The notes: generated from the sequence alone by a model not told the origin. DNA of 63,693 nt, filler included, from an uncultured Methanosarcinales archaeon (GCA_964645415.1; 6 parts of 6 records of this genome joined end to end with filler, not necessarily neighbours in it); one strand, 5' to 3'; positions 40,498 to 55,569 are shown, counted from the first letter of the whole stretch. Translations and numbers: made by a program.

Positions 40498-42493
40498 TTA
40501 AACACATTGGGAAACAAAACTTTCTAGTTGTTCTTCAGGTACTGCACCAGATAACATTTCTCCAGTAGTTGGACAAACAAAAGCTGGAACACCAGTAACT
40601 TGTTCTGGAGAACATTGCATTACTGCATCAACACCATCCATATCAACTGCTGCATCAACTCTATTGATTCCGTATCCTTCATCAATTAAACCATCAACAA
40701 TTGGATTCATTTCTTCACAAAAAGGACATCCGTCATCATATAGATAGATTACTTCATCTGACATACCTCTTTCACTAAAACATTCTTCAACTTCTGAAAG
40801 ATCTGCATCATCTACTTGAGGCTCCTCTTGTTCAACAGGTTCATCAGGTTCTTCAATCAAATCATCTTCTGTGATTTCAATTTGATCATCCATTCCTGTG
40901 TCAAGGTCATCCTCTAAATATTCAATATCTGCATCTTCCATCAGTTGTTGAATATAAAGGTCAACCATACCGCCAGACTCTTGTTCTCTTAGTGTATCCA
41001 TCACTTCATCTTCTACTTCTTCAAAAGTTTCTCCTCTTCTATCAACAAGGTAAATAATGTGGTATCCAAAATCAGATTCAACTGGTTCAGAAATTTCTCC
41101 TACTTCAAGTTGATCAAATACTACTTCTTCAAATTCAGGAACCATCATTCCTCTTCCAAATTCACCAAGATCTCCACCTTGCATAGCACTACCTTCATCA
41201 TCACTATATTCAGTAGCCATTTCTTCAAAGTTATCTACATTGACTTCGTCATAGATAGATAAAGCTTCTTCTTCAGCTTCTTCAGGAGTTCTTCCTTCTG
41301 GACACATCTCTTCATCTCCATGACATACTAAGATATGTTTTGCATGAACAGTTAAAAACATATCAGGATCTTGTTCATACATTTGTCTTGCATCTTCCTC
41401 ACTCACTTCAATTTCATCAAATAGTTCTCCTTCTAAGAATTCATTCATTATCATTTGTTCTTCAAGATAACTTTTAAATTCCTCTTCAGAGATTCCCATT
41501 TGAAGAAGTAATTGAGAAAACTCTTCTTCTGAAACACCAGCATCAGCAGTAGACTCAGAATACATTTGATCTACTTCTTCTTGTGTAAATGATACTCCTG
41601 CTTCTTCAGCTTTTTGCATAATTAACCTTTGAGTAACTAATTGCTCAAGAATTTCTCTTTCACCCATAAATTGTGCCGCTTCCGGAGGCACCATATTCAT
41701 GAAAAAATCTAATTCTGATTGAGTAATTTCTTCACCATTTACAGTTGCTAAAACATCATCAGTTGTTTCATCGACACCATCATAAGGATCAACTTCTTCA
41801 GGAGATTCTACGCCTGTTTCTCTTCCAAAAAAGAAAAATCCACCAACAATTGCAACTAAGATTAAAATAACTGCTACTGTTTTGATAAAAGTATTATCTT
41901 TTTTTGCTAATTTCTCAACTTCATCTAAATCTTCTTCTGTACTGTCATCTTCTTTTTTATCTTTCTTCTTGTCTTTCTTTGATTTTTTAGAAGACTTTTT
42001 CTCTTTTTTACTATCTGAGTCTTCTTTTTTATCTTTTTTCTTGCTTTTCTTTGATTTCTTAGAAGATTTTTTCTCTTTTTTACTATCTGAATCTCCTTTT
42101 TTATCTTTTTTCTTACTTTTCTTTGATTTCTTAGAAGATTTTTTCTCTTTTTTACTATCTGAATCTCCTTNNNNNNNNNNNNNNNNNNNNNNNNNNNNNN
42201 NNNNNNNNNNNNNNNNNNNNNNNNNNNNNNNNNNNNNNNNNNNNNNNNNNNNNNNNNNNNNNNNNNNNNNTTTTATCTTTTTTCTTACTTTTCTTTGATT
42301 TCTTAGAAGATTTTTTGCTTTTCTTTTTGTTTTCTTTCTTACTTTTTTCTGATTTTTTAGAAGACTTACTTTCTTTTTTACTTTTTGAGTCTTCTTTTTT
42401 ATCAGAATGTTTATTCTTTTTGTGAAGTTCTAAACCTTTCTTTGTTCTAAAAGATTTATCACAATCTTCACAAGTATGTTTTTTATCTACCAT
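40498..42493 (-). CDS. Membrane-anchored foldase: C2H2 zinc finger, Lys/Ser repeats, TM, SurA-N, parvulin PPIase, thioredoxin-like domain (spans scaffold gap)
   Basis: The 40498..41700 ORF stays open upstream through LATVNGEEIT, a TM and Lys repeats to the gap. Beyond the gap the same repeats lead back to MVDKKHTCEDC...H...H with SD gaggtga. HAKHILV, GGDLGEF, VPEFE, ESDFGYHII and CPFC motifs. Confidence 0.8.
41950..42320 (-). repeat. 72-bp coding tandem repeat (GDSDSKKEKKSSKKSKKSKKKDKK)
   Basis: ctatctga at 42011, 42083 and 42155; the 100-N gap (42171-42270) lies in the array, so copy number is unknown. Confidence 0.9.
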
Positions 42494-42522
42494 TAAAATA
42501 TTCACCTCATTTAATTAAATAA

Positions 42523-42714
42523 TCATAATTCTTCTTTTCCTGGATAAATTGAGACAAGGATTGAAACTATATAAATAACAAAAAATAAAATAAATGCAAA
42601 ACCCCACTCAACAGGAATAACCTCATTTAACGTCGCATAAACAAAAAAGATTAATGCAACAAGTGACACCATTAACCCATAATCACTATACGACGGCATA
42701 ACGTTTCTTGACAT
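42523..42714 (-). CDS. Small two-TM membrane protein
   Basis: 63-aa ORF with two hydrophobic helices directly downstream of cdc48. Confidence 0.65.
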   Translation of the reverse strand: MSRNVMPSYSDYGLMVSLVALIFFVYATLNEVIPVEWGFAFILFFVIYIVSILVSIYPGKEEL

Positions 42715-42748
42715 TTTATATCACATTCCATTTAAAAATCTTATTAAT

Positions 42749-45421
<2,673 letters not shown>

Positions 45422-45621
45422 ATTAACACCCAAACATAATCATTAAATAGAATCTAAGTAATAGGTAGAAGACTTTATTTAAAAATTTTTGTAAATAAAA
45501 GTAAAACAACTTTATTTATAAAATAAATGAAAGATATTTGATAAAGAATTAAATAAAATATATAATATTTCTTTAAATATAATCCTTAAATTTTTAATAG
45601 AAAAGATATTTCAAAGATATA

Positions 45622-45879
45622 ATGAAACAAATAAAATTTGATGGGTTCTATGCAATAATATTTTTAATTATACTATTGTCTATCATAGGATTCTTAATAT
45701 ATATTGGAATTAGAATTTTAATATATTTTATGCCAGTAATATTAATTGCTATAGCTTTAATTATTCTTTATTATGTTTTTTATGATTTTATTGAATCAAT
45801 TAAAGAAAAGATTAAAACCAAAAATAAAAAAAGAAAAGATGATGAAGTAATAGATGTAGATTATGAGATTGAAAGGTGA
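45622..45879 (+). CDS. Small membrane protein
   Basis: Hydrophobic N-terminal half and VIDVDYEI tail; overlaps the alaX start. Confidence 0.65.
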   Translation: MKQIKFDGFYAIIFLIILLSIIGFLIYIGIRILIYFMPVILIAIALIILYYVFYDFIESIKEKIKTKNKKRKDDEVIDVDYEIER

Positions 45880-46607
45880 ATAAAATGTGGATGGATCAAG
45901 CTTTATATCTAAAAGATAATTATAAAAAAGAATTTGAAACGAAAGTTAAGTCAGTAAATGATAAATTTGTTGTTTTAGAAAAAACTCTCTTTTATCCAAA
46001 TTCAGGAGGTCAACCTCATGATACTGGAAAATTAATTGATGAGGAAGGTAATGAATATAATGTGGTTTATGCAGGAAAATTTAATGGAGATATTTCTCAT
46101 GAAGTAGACAGTAAGGGATTAAAAGAAGGATCTAAAGTAAAAGGAGAAATTGATTGGGAAAGAAGATACAACTTTATGAGATATCACACAGCATCACATT
46201 TGATTAGTGGTCTAGTTTATAAACATGAAGATGCTATAATTACAGGAAATCAAATTAAAGATAAAAAAGATGAAGCAAGAGTTGATTTTAATATTGAAAA
46301 TTTTAACAGAGAATTTTTTGAAATGATAGAAAAAAAAGCAAATGAATTAATCAAAGAGGGTAGAAAAGTAAATAAAAAATTAATTTCAATTGAAGAAGCA
46401 AAAAAAATCCCTAACTTAGTAAAAATTGCTAAAGGATTACCTGAAAACATCAAAGAAATGAGAGTAGTAGAAGTAGAAAATTTAGATATCCAGCCATGTG
46501 GAGGATGTCATTTAGATAATATTTCAGAAATTGGTGAGATTGATATATTCAAACTAAAAAATAAAGGAAGTGACAATAGAAGAGTTTATTTTAAATTAAA
46601 AAAATAA
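45876..46607 (+). CDS. alaX: Alanyl-tRNA editing protein AlaX-M
   Basis: FYPNSGGQPHDTG, MRYHTASH and PCGGCH zinc-binding motifs. Confidence 0.93.
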   Translation: MNKMWMDQALYLKDNYKKEFETKVKSVNDKFVVLEKTLFYPNSGGQPHDTGKLIDEEGNEYNVVYAGKFNGDISHEVDSKGLKEGSKVKGEIDWERRYNFMRYHTASHLISGLVYKHEDAIITGNQIKDKKDEARVDFNIENFNREFFEMIEKKANELIKEGRKVNKKLISIEEAKKIPNLVKIAKGLPENIKEMRVVEVENLDIQPCGGCHLDNISEIGEIDIFKLKNKGSDNRRVYFKLKK

Positions 46608-46620
46608 TATAATACAAAAA

Positions 46621-46700
46621 AAAGAGGATTTTGATTCTATTTTCTTTAGGTTTTTATTTTCTATACTCTTTAGCTTTTTATTCTCTACAATCTTTAGGAG
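46621..46700. repeat. Degenerate copy of the dispersed repeat family between convergent genes
   Basis: AGAGGATTTTG, ACTCTTTAGCT and ACAATCTTTAG modules. Confidence 0.5.
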
Positions 46701-46714
46701 AGAATAGATAATAA

Positions 46715-48100
46715 TTAACCTTTAACTACAACTAATGGAGAGAATCTTGCATATTTCTTTGATAAACCAATTTCATCATTTACTTTAATTACTTCATCAA
46801 TATCTTTGTATGCATCAGGTGCTTCTTCTAATAATCCTGATTTAGATGATGTTTTAACAATAATTCCCTTTCTATCTAAATCACTTTTTACAGATTTATA
46901 ATTCAATTCTCTTTTAGCTCCACTTCTTGACTTCAATCTTCCAGCACCATGAGCTGAACTTTTAAAACTAATCTGAGAATTATTTGCAACCAATAAATAA
47001 GATGAAGTACCCATTGATCCCGGAATAATTACAGGTTGCCCAATATGTTTGTAATCATCACACAACTCTTCTTCATGAGCAGGATAAGCACGAGTTGCAC
47101 CTTTTCTATGAACAATTAACTTCTTTTTAAAGTTTCCAAAATCATGTGTTTCGACTTTAGCAATATTATGAGAAACATCATAAATATACTCCATAGATTC
47201 CTTTTCTACATTAAAAAAATCAACAAATAAATCTCTAACTTTTTCAACCATTAAATACCTATTTACCCAAGCAAAATTAGCAGCAGCCTTCATAGAAGAA
47301 TAGTACTTTTGACCTAACTCTGAATTAAATTTAACATAAATTAAATTTTTATTAGGAACATTAATATGAGAAAATTTCTTTTCTAATTTTTCCAGATAAT
47401 CTTTTGCAATTTGATGACCAAAACCTCTAGACCCTGAATGTACCATAAACACAATTTGACCTTTTTTTAAGCCAAACTCTTTTATTTCTTGATAAACATT
47501 TTCAACTTTTTGAATTTCAACAAAATGATTTCCTGACCCTAATGTCCCTAAGGAAGTAATACCTCTTTTATAGGCTTTATTACTAATCCCATCAATTGTT
47601 GTTTTCATAGAACCATGGCTTTCAACACGAGAATAATCTTCTTTTTTAGCAACAGATTTTAAACCTTCTTTAATTACTTTTTCAAAATAAGCTTTACTTC
47701 TTTTATCAGTCTTAACACCAAGGCCTGATGGGATAGAATTATATAACTTATTAGAAAGTGAATTTAATTTATCTTTAATATCATCATAAAATAAATTTGT
47801 TTTAATAAGAGAAACACCACAATTAATATCAAAACCAACACCACCAGGTAAAATAATACCTTCTTCATAGTCAAAAGCAGCAACACCCCCAATTGGAAAA
47901 CCATAACCTTGATGTCCATCAGGCATTATTGAAATATGGCTAAACACAGAAGGCAACTTTGCCATATCGATACCTTGTTGAATAGCCTTGTCCTTTTTCA
48001 TATCATCAAGAATCTTTTTATTAGCAAAAATACGTAAAGGAACATTCATAGATTTATTTTTAATCTCATAAATATTTTTTTGAAACTCTTTAATTTTCAT
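46715..48100 (-). CDS. rtcB: tRNA-splicing ligase RtcB
   Basis: MPDGHQGYGFPIGGV, GFDINCG, GSGNHF, HSGSRG, HNIAK, HRKGAT, PGSMG and HGAGR motifs. Confidence 0.96.
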   Translation of the reverse strand: MKIKEFQKNIYEIKNKSMNVPLRIFANKKILDDMKKDKAIQQGIDMAKLPSVFSHISIMPDGHQGYGFPIGGVAAFDYEEGIILPGGVGFDINCGVSLIKTNLFYDDIKDKLNSLSNKLYNSIPSGLGVKTDKRSKAYFEKVIKEGLKSVAKKEDYSRVESHGSMKTTIDGISNKAYKRGITSLGTLGSGNHFVEIQKVENVYQEIKEFGLKKGQIVFMVHSGSRGFGHQIAKDYLEKLEKKFSHINVPNKNLIYVKFNSELGQKYYSSMKAAANFAWVNRYLMVEKVRDLFVDFFNVEKESMEYIYDVSHNIAKVETHDFGNFKKKLIVHRKGATRAYPAHEEELCDDYKHIGQPVIIPGSMGTSSYLLVANNSQISFKSSAHGAGRLKSRSGAKRELNYKSVKSDLDRKGIIVKTSSKSGLLEEAPDAYKDIDEVIKVNDEIGLSKKYARFSPLVVVKG

Positions 48101-48209
48101 AGATATCACATCAATTTTGTTTTCAAATATATATAATAACATTATTATAAAACTATTTTCATAAAAATAGTAATTTACATCTCAAATAGAAAAATCCAGT
48201 AATCGTAAT

Positions 48210-48402
48210 TAGTCTACGTTTTATCTTCTTCGAAGTTAGTCCATCAAAATCATCTAAGGGAAAAGTAATTATATGAATGAAATAAAAAGAAATAGAATTT
48301 AATATAAACTACTGTGCCATACGAAGTATGGTACCATCCTTACCAATTTTGATAAAGATTGAGGGCAAATCATCTAAGAAAAAAAGAAATAGGAGTTTAT
48401 AG
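48210..48402 (+). repeat. Mosaic repeat cluster (copy R5) at a contig end
   Basis: 44-bp block (48214-48257), hairpin GTGCCATAC-GAA-GTATGGTAC (48314-48334), and AAATCATCTAA twice 120 bp apart. Confidence 0.88.
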
Positions 48403-48599
48403 NNNNNNNNNNNNNNNNNNNNNNNNNNNNNNNNNNNNNNNNNNNNTTAATTAATTAANNNNNNNNNNNNNNNNNNNNNNNNNNNNNNNNNNNNNNNNNN
48501 NNTTATAATACCTTATTTTTAAAGTTAAAAGTACCTATATAAAACTTATTTACTATTATAAAGTTAAATCAAATATTTCTTTTTATTTCTATTAGTATC

Positions 48600-48665
48600 T
48601 TTGTTTTTAGATGATTTTGCCCTACACACTGCACTTAAACGAATACACAAAATTTAGCATTTTTC
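48600..48665. repeat. Repeat-family modules near a contig start
   Basis: TTAGATGATTTTGCCCTAC (48607-48625) followed by ACGAATACAC. Confidence 0.75.
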
Positions 48666-48769
48666 ATAGAAAAGGTTACGAAAACATAAGAAATCTATAT
48701 TTTAAATGTTTAAAAAAAGAAAATTAATTTAAAAGAAAAAAGAAAAAAAAAAGATGTATTAAAATACAT

Positions 48770-50443
<1,674 letters not shown>

Positions 50444-50447
50444 TCAT

Positions 50448-50720
50448 TTATTCATACTTTGCAACAATATTTTCAAAATCAACAATAACATACTTCTCAT
50501 CACCGATTTCAATCTCTTCATTAGAGTATCCACTATAAACAACTTTATCACCTTCATCTAAAGGCAAATCGTTACCATCTTCATCTTTACCTACTCTAAT
50601 TACTTCAGCGATTTTTTTATCTTCTCTTGCATCATCTGGGATATAAATTCCCCCTTTTGTTTTCTTTTCTTCTTTTTCCGGTCTTAAAATTACCCTTTCA
50701 CCAATTGGAACAAGTTTCAT
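50448..50720 (-). CDS. groES: Co-chaperonin GroES
   Basis: LVPIGERV and KTKGGIYIP motifs; directly upstream of groEL. Confidence 0.95.
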   Translation of the reverse strand: MKLVPIGERVILRPEKEEKKTKGGIYIPDDAREDKKIAEVIRVGKDEDGNDLPLDEGDKVVYSGYSNEEIEIGDEKYVIVDFENIVAKYE

Positions 50721-50769
50721 AGAAATCACCTTTTGTTTACTTTAAATCAACAATAATAGAAATGGTAAA

Positions 50770-52986
50770 TTATATTAAAATTTTTTGGTTTTTTAGTGAA
50801 CAATTAAAATTATATTTTTTTAATAGAATATTTAAGACATGATTAAAATGTTCATTAAAGTGTTTAGAGTCTAAATGTAAATAAAAGAGTAAAATAAATT
50901 TATCAGGTAATATCAATATATCTTGTTGTAAAAAAATATCAGTTAATCTCCTTTGACGATTATAATTTTTTAATTTAGTAAATTTTTCATCATGAATAAT
51001 TTTACCAGAAAAAATAGGATTTAAGTGATATGTCATTTTGAAAATATTTCCATGGAATTTGTTTATTATTTGGTTTATATTTTTATCATATTTAATTGGG
51101 TTTAATAATTCATGAGATGAATATAAAAATAAATCCGGGAAAAAACTTCCTATGAAGTTTTTATGATCTAAATTACTATTAAGATTAATATAAGAATGAT
51201 CGATTAAAATAGAAAGTACATTTAATAAATCATTTTTTGATTCAAATAAATTAAAATACTCCTCCAAAAAATTTTGTAAAAAATAATCATAAAAAAATTT
51301 CTTTTTGTCAATATTTAAGTTTGATGATATACTGAGTTTTTCATATATGAAAAAAATTTCTTTTAAATTAGAAATAATAGTATCAGGTTTGTTTTTAATT
51401 AAATAACTATTACTTTTAGTTTCTATAATAGTTTCATTATCAGTTCTTGATATTTTATAATTATTAATTTTAAAACCAGAGCTATAATTATTAATTTTAA
51501 ATAATGTATTAGGTGATAAATTAAAGTCTATTATTTTTTTTATTAAAAAATGTTTTAGTTTAATTAAATGAGAAGAATTACCAAATCTCTTAAAATTATC
51601 AGACATTCTATAAAAAAAATCAGAAGATTCGTCAAAGTAAGAAGAAATTAATTTGATATCATCATTAGGATCATCTTCTATATTTCCATTCATACAGAAA
51701 TCAATAATTTTTTCAATTTGTGATTTAGTTATTTTACCTAAATCTAAATTATCATCACCATTTTTTTTTATTTTTTTATTTTTTAAATATAGAAGATAAA
51801 AAATTGAATTATTACTATTACTTTTATTATCAAAAGAAGATAAATTAGAGTTATTCTTAAAAAAAGAAGGTAGTTTTTCTTTTTTTAAAAAAAATCTAAT
51901 AGAAAGAAATGAAAGTAAAATATTCTCTCTTTCAAAAAAATGAAAACATTCACGAAAGTTTGAAACTAAATTTTTGAAGAAAGGTAAAAATTGCTTTAAG
52001 AAATTAAATATTAATTGAATTATATTTTCTGAATTAATCTTAATATCTATATCATAATAAAATCTTAAATGTTTAATCATTAATTCAAGTTCTTTTAAAC
52101 TCAAATTAGATTTGAAAAAAATATTATCTTTTCTATCAAAAACTTTTTTGTATAAAGAAATTAAATCAAGATGAATGGAATTACCTATTTGATGAGATTT
52201 TTCATTAAATTTCAATTTATTTTTACTTTTTATAATATTTTTATTAAAATAGTTGAGTTTTTTAAAGAATAATTCATCTAATGTGATAACAAATTTCTGA
52301 TTTGATATCTTCTTAAAAAAAGAGGTTATAAGTTTTTCTTTATTTTCAAAGTAATTATAATTAACTTCATCAATATCACCAAAATAATCTGATATTTTAT
52401 CAATTGATGTAGATTTATTATATAAGGAAAAACAACTTACATTTTTCTCATTTGAAACTAATATTAATTTTTCAGAAAATATTTTAACAAAAATAAAATC
52501 ATTAGAAACAGTTTTAAACTCATCAAAGTTGCTTTTAATTTCATCTAATTCAAAATAACTATCAACAGGATCTTTTTCAATAAATACACTAATATTAGAG
52601 AAAGGAGAAATTTTATTTTCCAAAAAATATCTTTGATTTAAAGAGAGATAAGGATACTCTAAATTAAATTTAGAGTTAGAAAGTAATTTTTTATAAGTCT
52701 CTTTACTGTTCAAGTAACATTTATAATATAAGTTTTCATTTTTAGAAAGATTATCTTTTAAAAGTATCTTTTCTACTCTATGGATATTTTCAGAGTATTT
52801 TGAAAATAAATCTTTAATTTGAGATTTGTCTATAATTATAAATGGTCTAAAATAATCTTTTATAATAAATTGCTCATTACGTCCTTTAAATTTCATAAAA
52901 CAGATAGGTAAATCTTCAGTATCCTTAATATCAAGGTCAATTATTTGACCAATTCTTTTCATAAATTTAACCTCTTTTAATCTCAT
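50770..52986 (-). CDS. Highly diverged, apparently inactive family B DNA polymerase homolog
   Basis: PolB landmarks in the correct order: DYFRPF, EY...QRYFLENKISP, IHLDL, IIDFNLSPNTL. No DxE, DxxSLYP, KxxxNSxYG or YGDTDS. Confidence 0.6.
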   Translation of the reverse strand: MRLKEVKFMKRIGQIIDLDIKDTEDLPICFMKFKGRNEQFIIKDYFRPFIIIDKSQIKDLFSKYSENIHRVEKILLKDNLSKNENLYYKCYLNSKETYKKLLSNSKFNLEYPYLSLNQRYFLENKISPFSNISVFIEKDPVDSYFELDEIKSNFDEFKTVSNDFIFVKIFSEKLILVSNEKNVSCFSLYNKSTSIDKISDYFGDIDEVNYNYFENKEKLITSFFKKISNQKFVITLDELFFKKLNYFNKNIIKSKNKLKFNEKSHQIGNSIHLDLISLYKKVFDRKDNIFFKSNLSLKELELMIKHLRFYYDIDIKINSENIIQLIFNFLKQFLPFFKNLVSNFRECFHFFERENILLSFLSIRFFLKKEKLPSFFKNNSNLSSFDNKSNSNNSIFYLLYLKNKKIKKNGDDNLDLGKITKSQIEKIIDFCMNGNIEDDPNDDIKLISSYFDESSDFFYRMSDNFKRFGNSSHLIKLKHFLIKKIIDFNLSPNTLFKINNYSSGFKINNYKISRTDNETIIETKSNSYLIKNKPDTIISNLKEIFFIYEKLSISSNLNIDKKKFFYDYFLQNFLEEYFNLFESKNDLLNVLSILIDHSYINLNSNLDHKNFIGSFFPDLFLYSSHELLNPIKYDKNINQIINKFHGNIFKMTYHLNPIFSGKIIHDEKFTKLKNYNRQRRLTDIFLQQDILILPDKFILLFYLHLDSKHFNEHFNHVLNILLKKYNFNCSLKNQKILI

Positions 52987-53151
52987 TAAATTCCTTTAAA
53001 TATTGTTTATAAAAGTTTGTAATTTAAAAGTAAAAAATAAGAATACAGATTATTATTGTTATGAAAAATATTTAATTTACTTAACAAAATCTTTATAAAA
53101 CTTTCTTGACACCATATTATATATTAAAATAATAAAATATGGGGTATAATA

Positions 53152-54093
53152 ATGACAGAATTAAAAGTATTTAAGGAGTTATCAGGAGTAGGTCCTGCAT
53201 CAATTGAAAAGTTAGAAGAATCTGATTATACAACACTTGCTTCAATTGCTGTAGCAAGTAAAAGTGAACTAGTAGATACAACTGGATTACCAAGTTCACT
53301 TGCAACTAAAATAATTAATTTTGCAAGAGAAAAAGCAAATATGAATTTTGTTACTGGTTCAGAATTGATGGAGAAAAAAGAGCATGTAGAAGAAATAAAA
53401 ATAGGTTCTGATTCAATAAATGATATATTAGGAGGAGGTTTCCAAACAGGATCAATTTATGAAGCTTTTGGTGAATTTGGTTCTGGAAAAACACAGATTG
53501 CTCATGAATTAGTAGTTTGTTCTCAAAAATTATCAGAAGATGCAAAAGTAGTTTATATTGATACTGAAAGTACTTTTAGACCAAATAGAGTTGAAAGTAT
53601 CGCTAAAGAAAAAGGATTTGATCCAAGTAAAGTATTAGACAATACATTTGTTGCAAGGTCATATAATACTGACCATCAAATGTTACTTGCAGATAAAGTA
53701 AATGATATGATTACAAAAGATAATGAAAATGTAAAATTAGTAGTGGTTGATTCACTAACTGGTCATTTTAGAGCAGAGTTTATCGGAAGAGGAGCACTTG
53801 CAGAAAGACAACAAAAATTAAATAAACATATGCATACATTACTAAAACTTGCAACCAACCATAATATTTGTGTATTTGTAACAAACCAAGTTATGTCTGA
53901 TCCAGGACAGTTTTTTGGTGATCCAACAAAAGCTATTGGAGGTCATATTGTAGCTCATGCAAGTACATATAGAATGTATATTAGAAAAGCAAAAAAATCA
54001 TCAAGAGTTGCAAAATTAGTTGACTCACCAGATATGCCTGAAGGAGAAGCAAGGTTCTTTATTGTAGAAGGTGGATTAACAGATAAAGCCTAA
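53152..54093 (+). CDS. radA: DNA repair and recombination protein RadA
   Basis: N-terminal HhH, GEFGSGKTQ, YIDTESTFRP, VDSLT, GRGALAERQQ and TNQV motifs. Confidence 0.97.
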   Translation: MTELKVFKELSGVGPASIEKLEESDYTTLASIAVASKSELVDTTGLPSSLATKIINFAREKANMNFVTGSELMEKKEHVEEIKIGSDSINDILGGGFQTGSIYEAFGEFGSGKTQIAHELVVCSQKLSEDAKVVYIDTESTFRPNRVESIAKEKGFDPSKVLDNTFVARSYNTDHQMLLADKVNDMITKDNENVKLVVVDSLTGHFRAEFIGRGALAERQQKLNKHMHTLLKLATNHNICVFVTNQVMSDPGQFFGDPTKAIGGHIVAHASTYRMYIRKAKKSSRVAKLVDSPDMPEGEARFFIVEGGLTDKA

Positions 54094-54212
54094 TTTTTTT
54101 TTATTTCATTTATTTCTAATTAAAAAAAGACATTCTAATTTACTTTAACTCATTTCTAAGTAATTATATTGATTGATTAATTGATTACTATTGATTTATT
54201 AAAGAATTATAA

Positions 54213-54285
54213 TGGGTCCACCCGGATTTGAACCGGGGATATTCGCCTTGTAAGGGCGACGTCATAACCACTAGACCATGGACCC
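54213..54285 (-). tRNA. tRNA-Val(TAC)
   Basis: GGGTCCA/TGGACCC acceptor; TCGCC-CT-TAC-AA-GGCGA anticodon arm; CCCGG-TTCAAAT-CCGGG T arm. Confidence 0.96.
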
Positions 54286-54363
54286 CTAAAATTATAACAA
54301 TTATGAAAATTGAAAAGAGTATAAAAAAGTTTCTATTTTTATAATAAAAAAGAAATAAAAAAA

Positions 54364-54753
54364 TTAAAATGGAATATATCCTCCAATTATTCCTTCAAGG
54401 AAAAGATCCCATATATAATAAGAAGCAAACATTAATATTCCAATTATAAAAACATGAATCCATTTCTCTCCAACTTTACCAGCAATAGTTGCAGCACTAT
54501 GAATTTTAATCATTAAAATAACTGAAACTGCAGCTTGAAGACCAATTATTGTCATAAAACTTTCAGCAAAACCTATTAATTCTAAAACAAAAGGTACATT
54601 CATGTTAATAAAAACACCTGCAAAAGCAAAAGGCATAGCATGCCAAGCATGTTTTATCCAAGCTCTTCCTACATCATCCTCATGAACAAAATGCATTTCA
54701 ATTAAAGCAATTACAATTCCAAAAACTACTGCTGGACCAATTAATAATTCCAT
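54364..54753 (-). CDS. Membrane protein of unknown function
   Basis: About 4 TMs with polar motifs EMHFVHED and KHAWHA. Confidence 0.7.
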   Translation of the reverse strand: MELLIGPAVVFGIVIALIEMHFVHEDDVGRAWIKHAWHAMPFAFAGVFINMNVPFVLELIGFAESFMTIIGLQAAVSVILMIKIHSAATIAGKVGEKWIHVFIIGILMFASYYIWDLFLEGIIGGYIPF

Positions 54754-54799
54754 TATTTAACACCTATAATAAAATTCATTTTCAAATATAAATATTTTT

Positions 54800-55525
54800 C
54801 TAACTTGAATTTTTATTTATTGATTTAACTTTTTTTAATTTCTTATTTTTTGTTTCTTTTGTTTTCTCTTTTGTAACTATATTATAATATGGTATAAATA
54901 ATAAATAGCTAAATAATATATTTATGGTAAATATTTGAAAAATACTATGAGAGAAAATAAAACTAAAAAATATCAAAATAAAGTGAATTAAATTTAAAAT
55001 TAATGGAAAATAAATCGATTTAAAGTTACCCATAAGTAAAGGCATAAAAATAATTGGTAAAAATGCAAATCCAATTAATAAAGGATTTGAATTTGTTGCA
55101 AAATAAAAAAAGATAGGTACAAGATAAATAAAATATTTCAAATAGTCAAAATATATTTTTTTCATATTCAATTTAGTAACTTTATTTATTGCATCTTCAA
55201 CTATATCATGATTATGACCAACATCACGTAAGTTTTCTTTTATCTTTGAAATGGATACATTGTGATCCATATTATCTTTAACATAACTAGCTAATTCATC
55301 TACTGATTCAAAGAATAAATCTTTGTCCATCTCAGAATCATCTTCATCAAAATCAATTCTTGAATAATTTCCAACTACTAAATTTACAGCATTATTTATA
55401 ATCTTTTCAGTATGACCAACATCTCTAAGTGATTTTTTTATCTCTTCTAAAGAATGACCTTTTTTAAGTTCATCTTGAATAAAATTTACAAGAATCCTTT
55501 CAATATAATCCTTCTCTATAGCCAT
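54800..55525 (-). CDS. Protein with two internal helical repeats and C-terminal TMs
   Basis: IK..LRDVGH....I..A repeated twice, followed by hydrophobic segments. Confidence 0.7.
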   Translation of the reverse strand: MAIEKDYIERILVNFIQDELKKGHSLEEIKKSLRDVGHTEKIINNAVNLVVGNYSRIDFDEDDSEMDKDLFFESVDELASYVKDNMDHNVSISKIKENLRDVGHNHDIVEDAINKVTKLNMKKIYFDYLKYFIYLVPIFFYFATNSNPLLIGFAFLPIIFMPLLMGNFKSIYFPLILNLIHFILIFFSFIFSHSIFQIFTINILFSYLLFIPYYNIVTKEKTKETKNKKLKKVKSINKNSS

Positions 55526-55569
55526 ATATTTACCAAAATAACTTTTTTATAAATGTATTAGAAAAAAAG

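Noticed and set aside
41882..42298. Plus-strand Phe/Ser/Leu-rich ORF that looks like a membrane protein
   Set aside because: It is the antisense shadow of the Lys-rich 72-bp repeat in the minus-strand gene.
54170..54200. ttgatt repeated three times downstream of tRNA-Val
   Set aside because: Short, irregularly spaced and expected by chance at this AT content.
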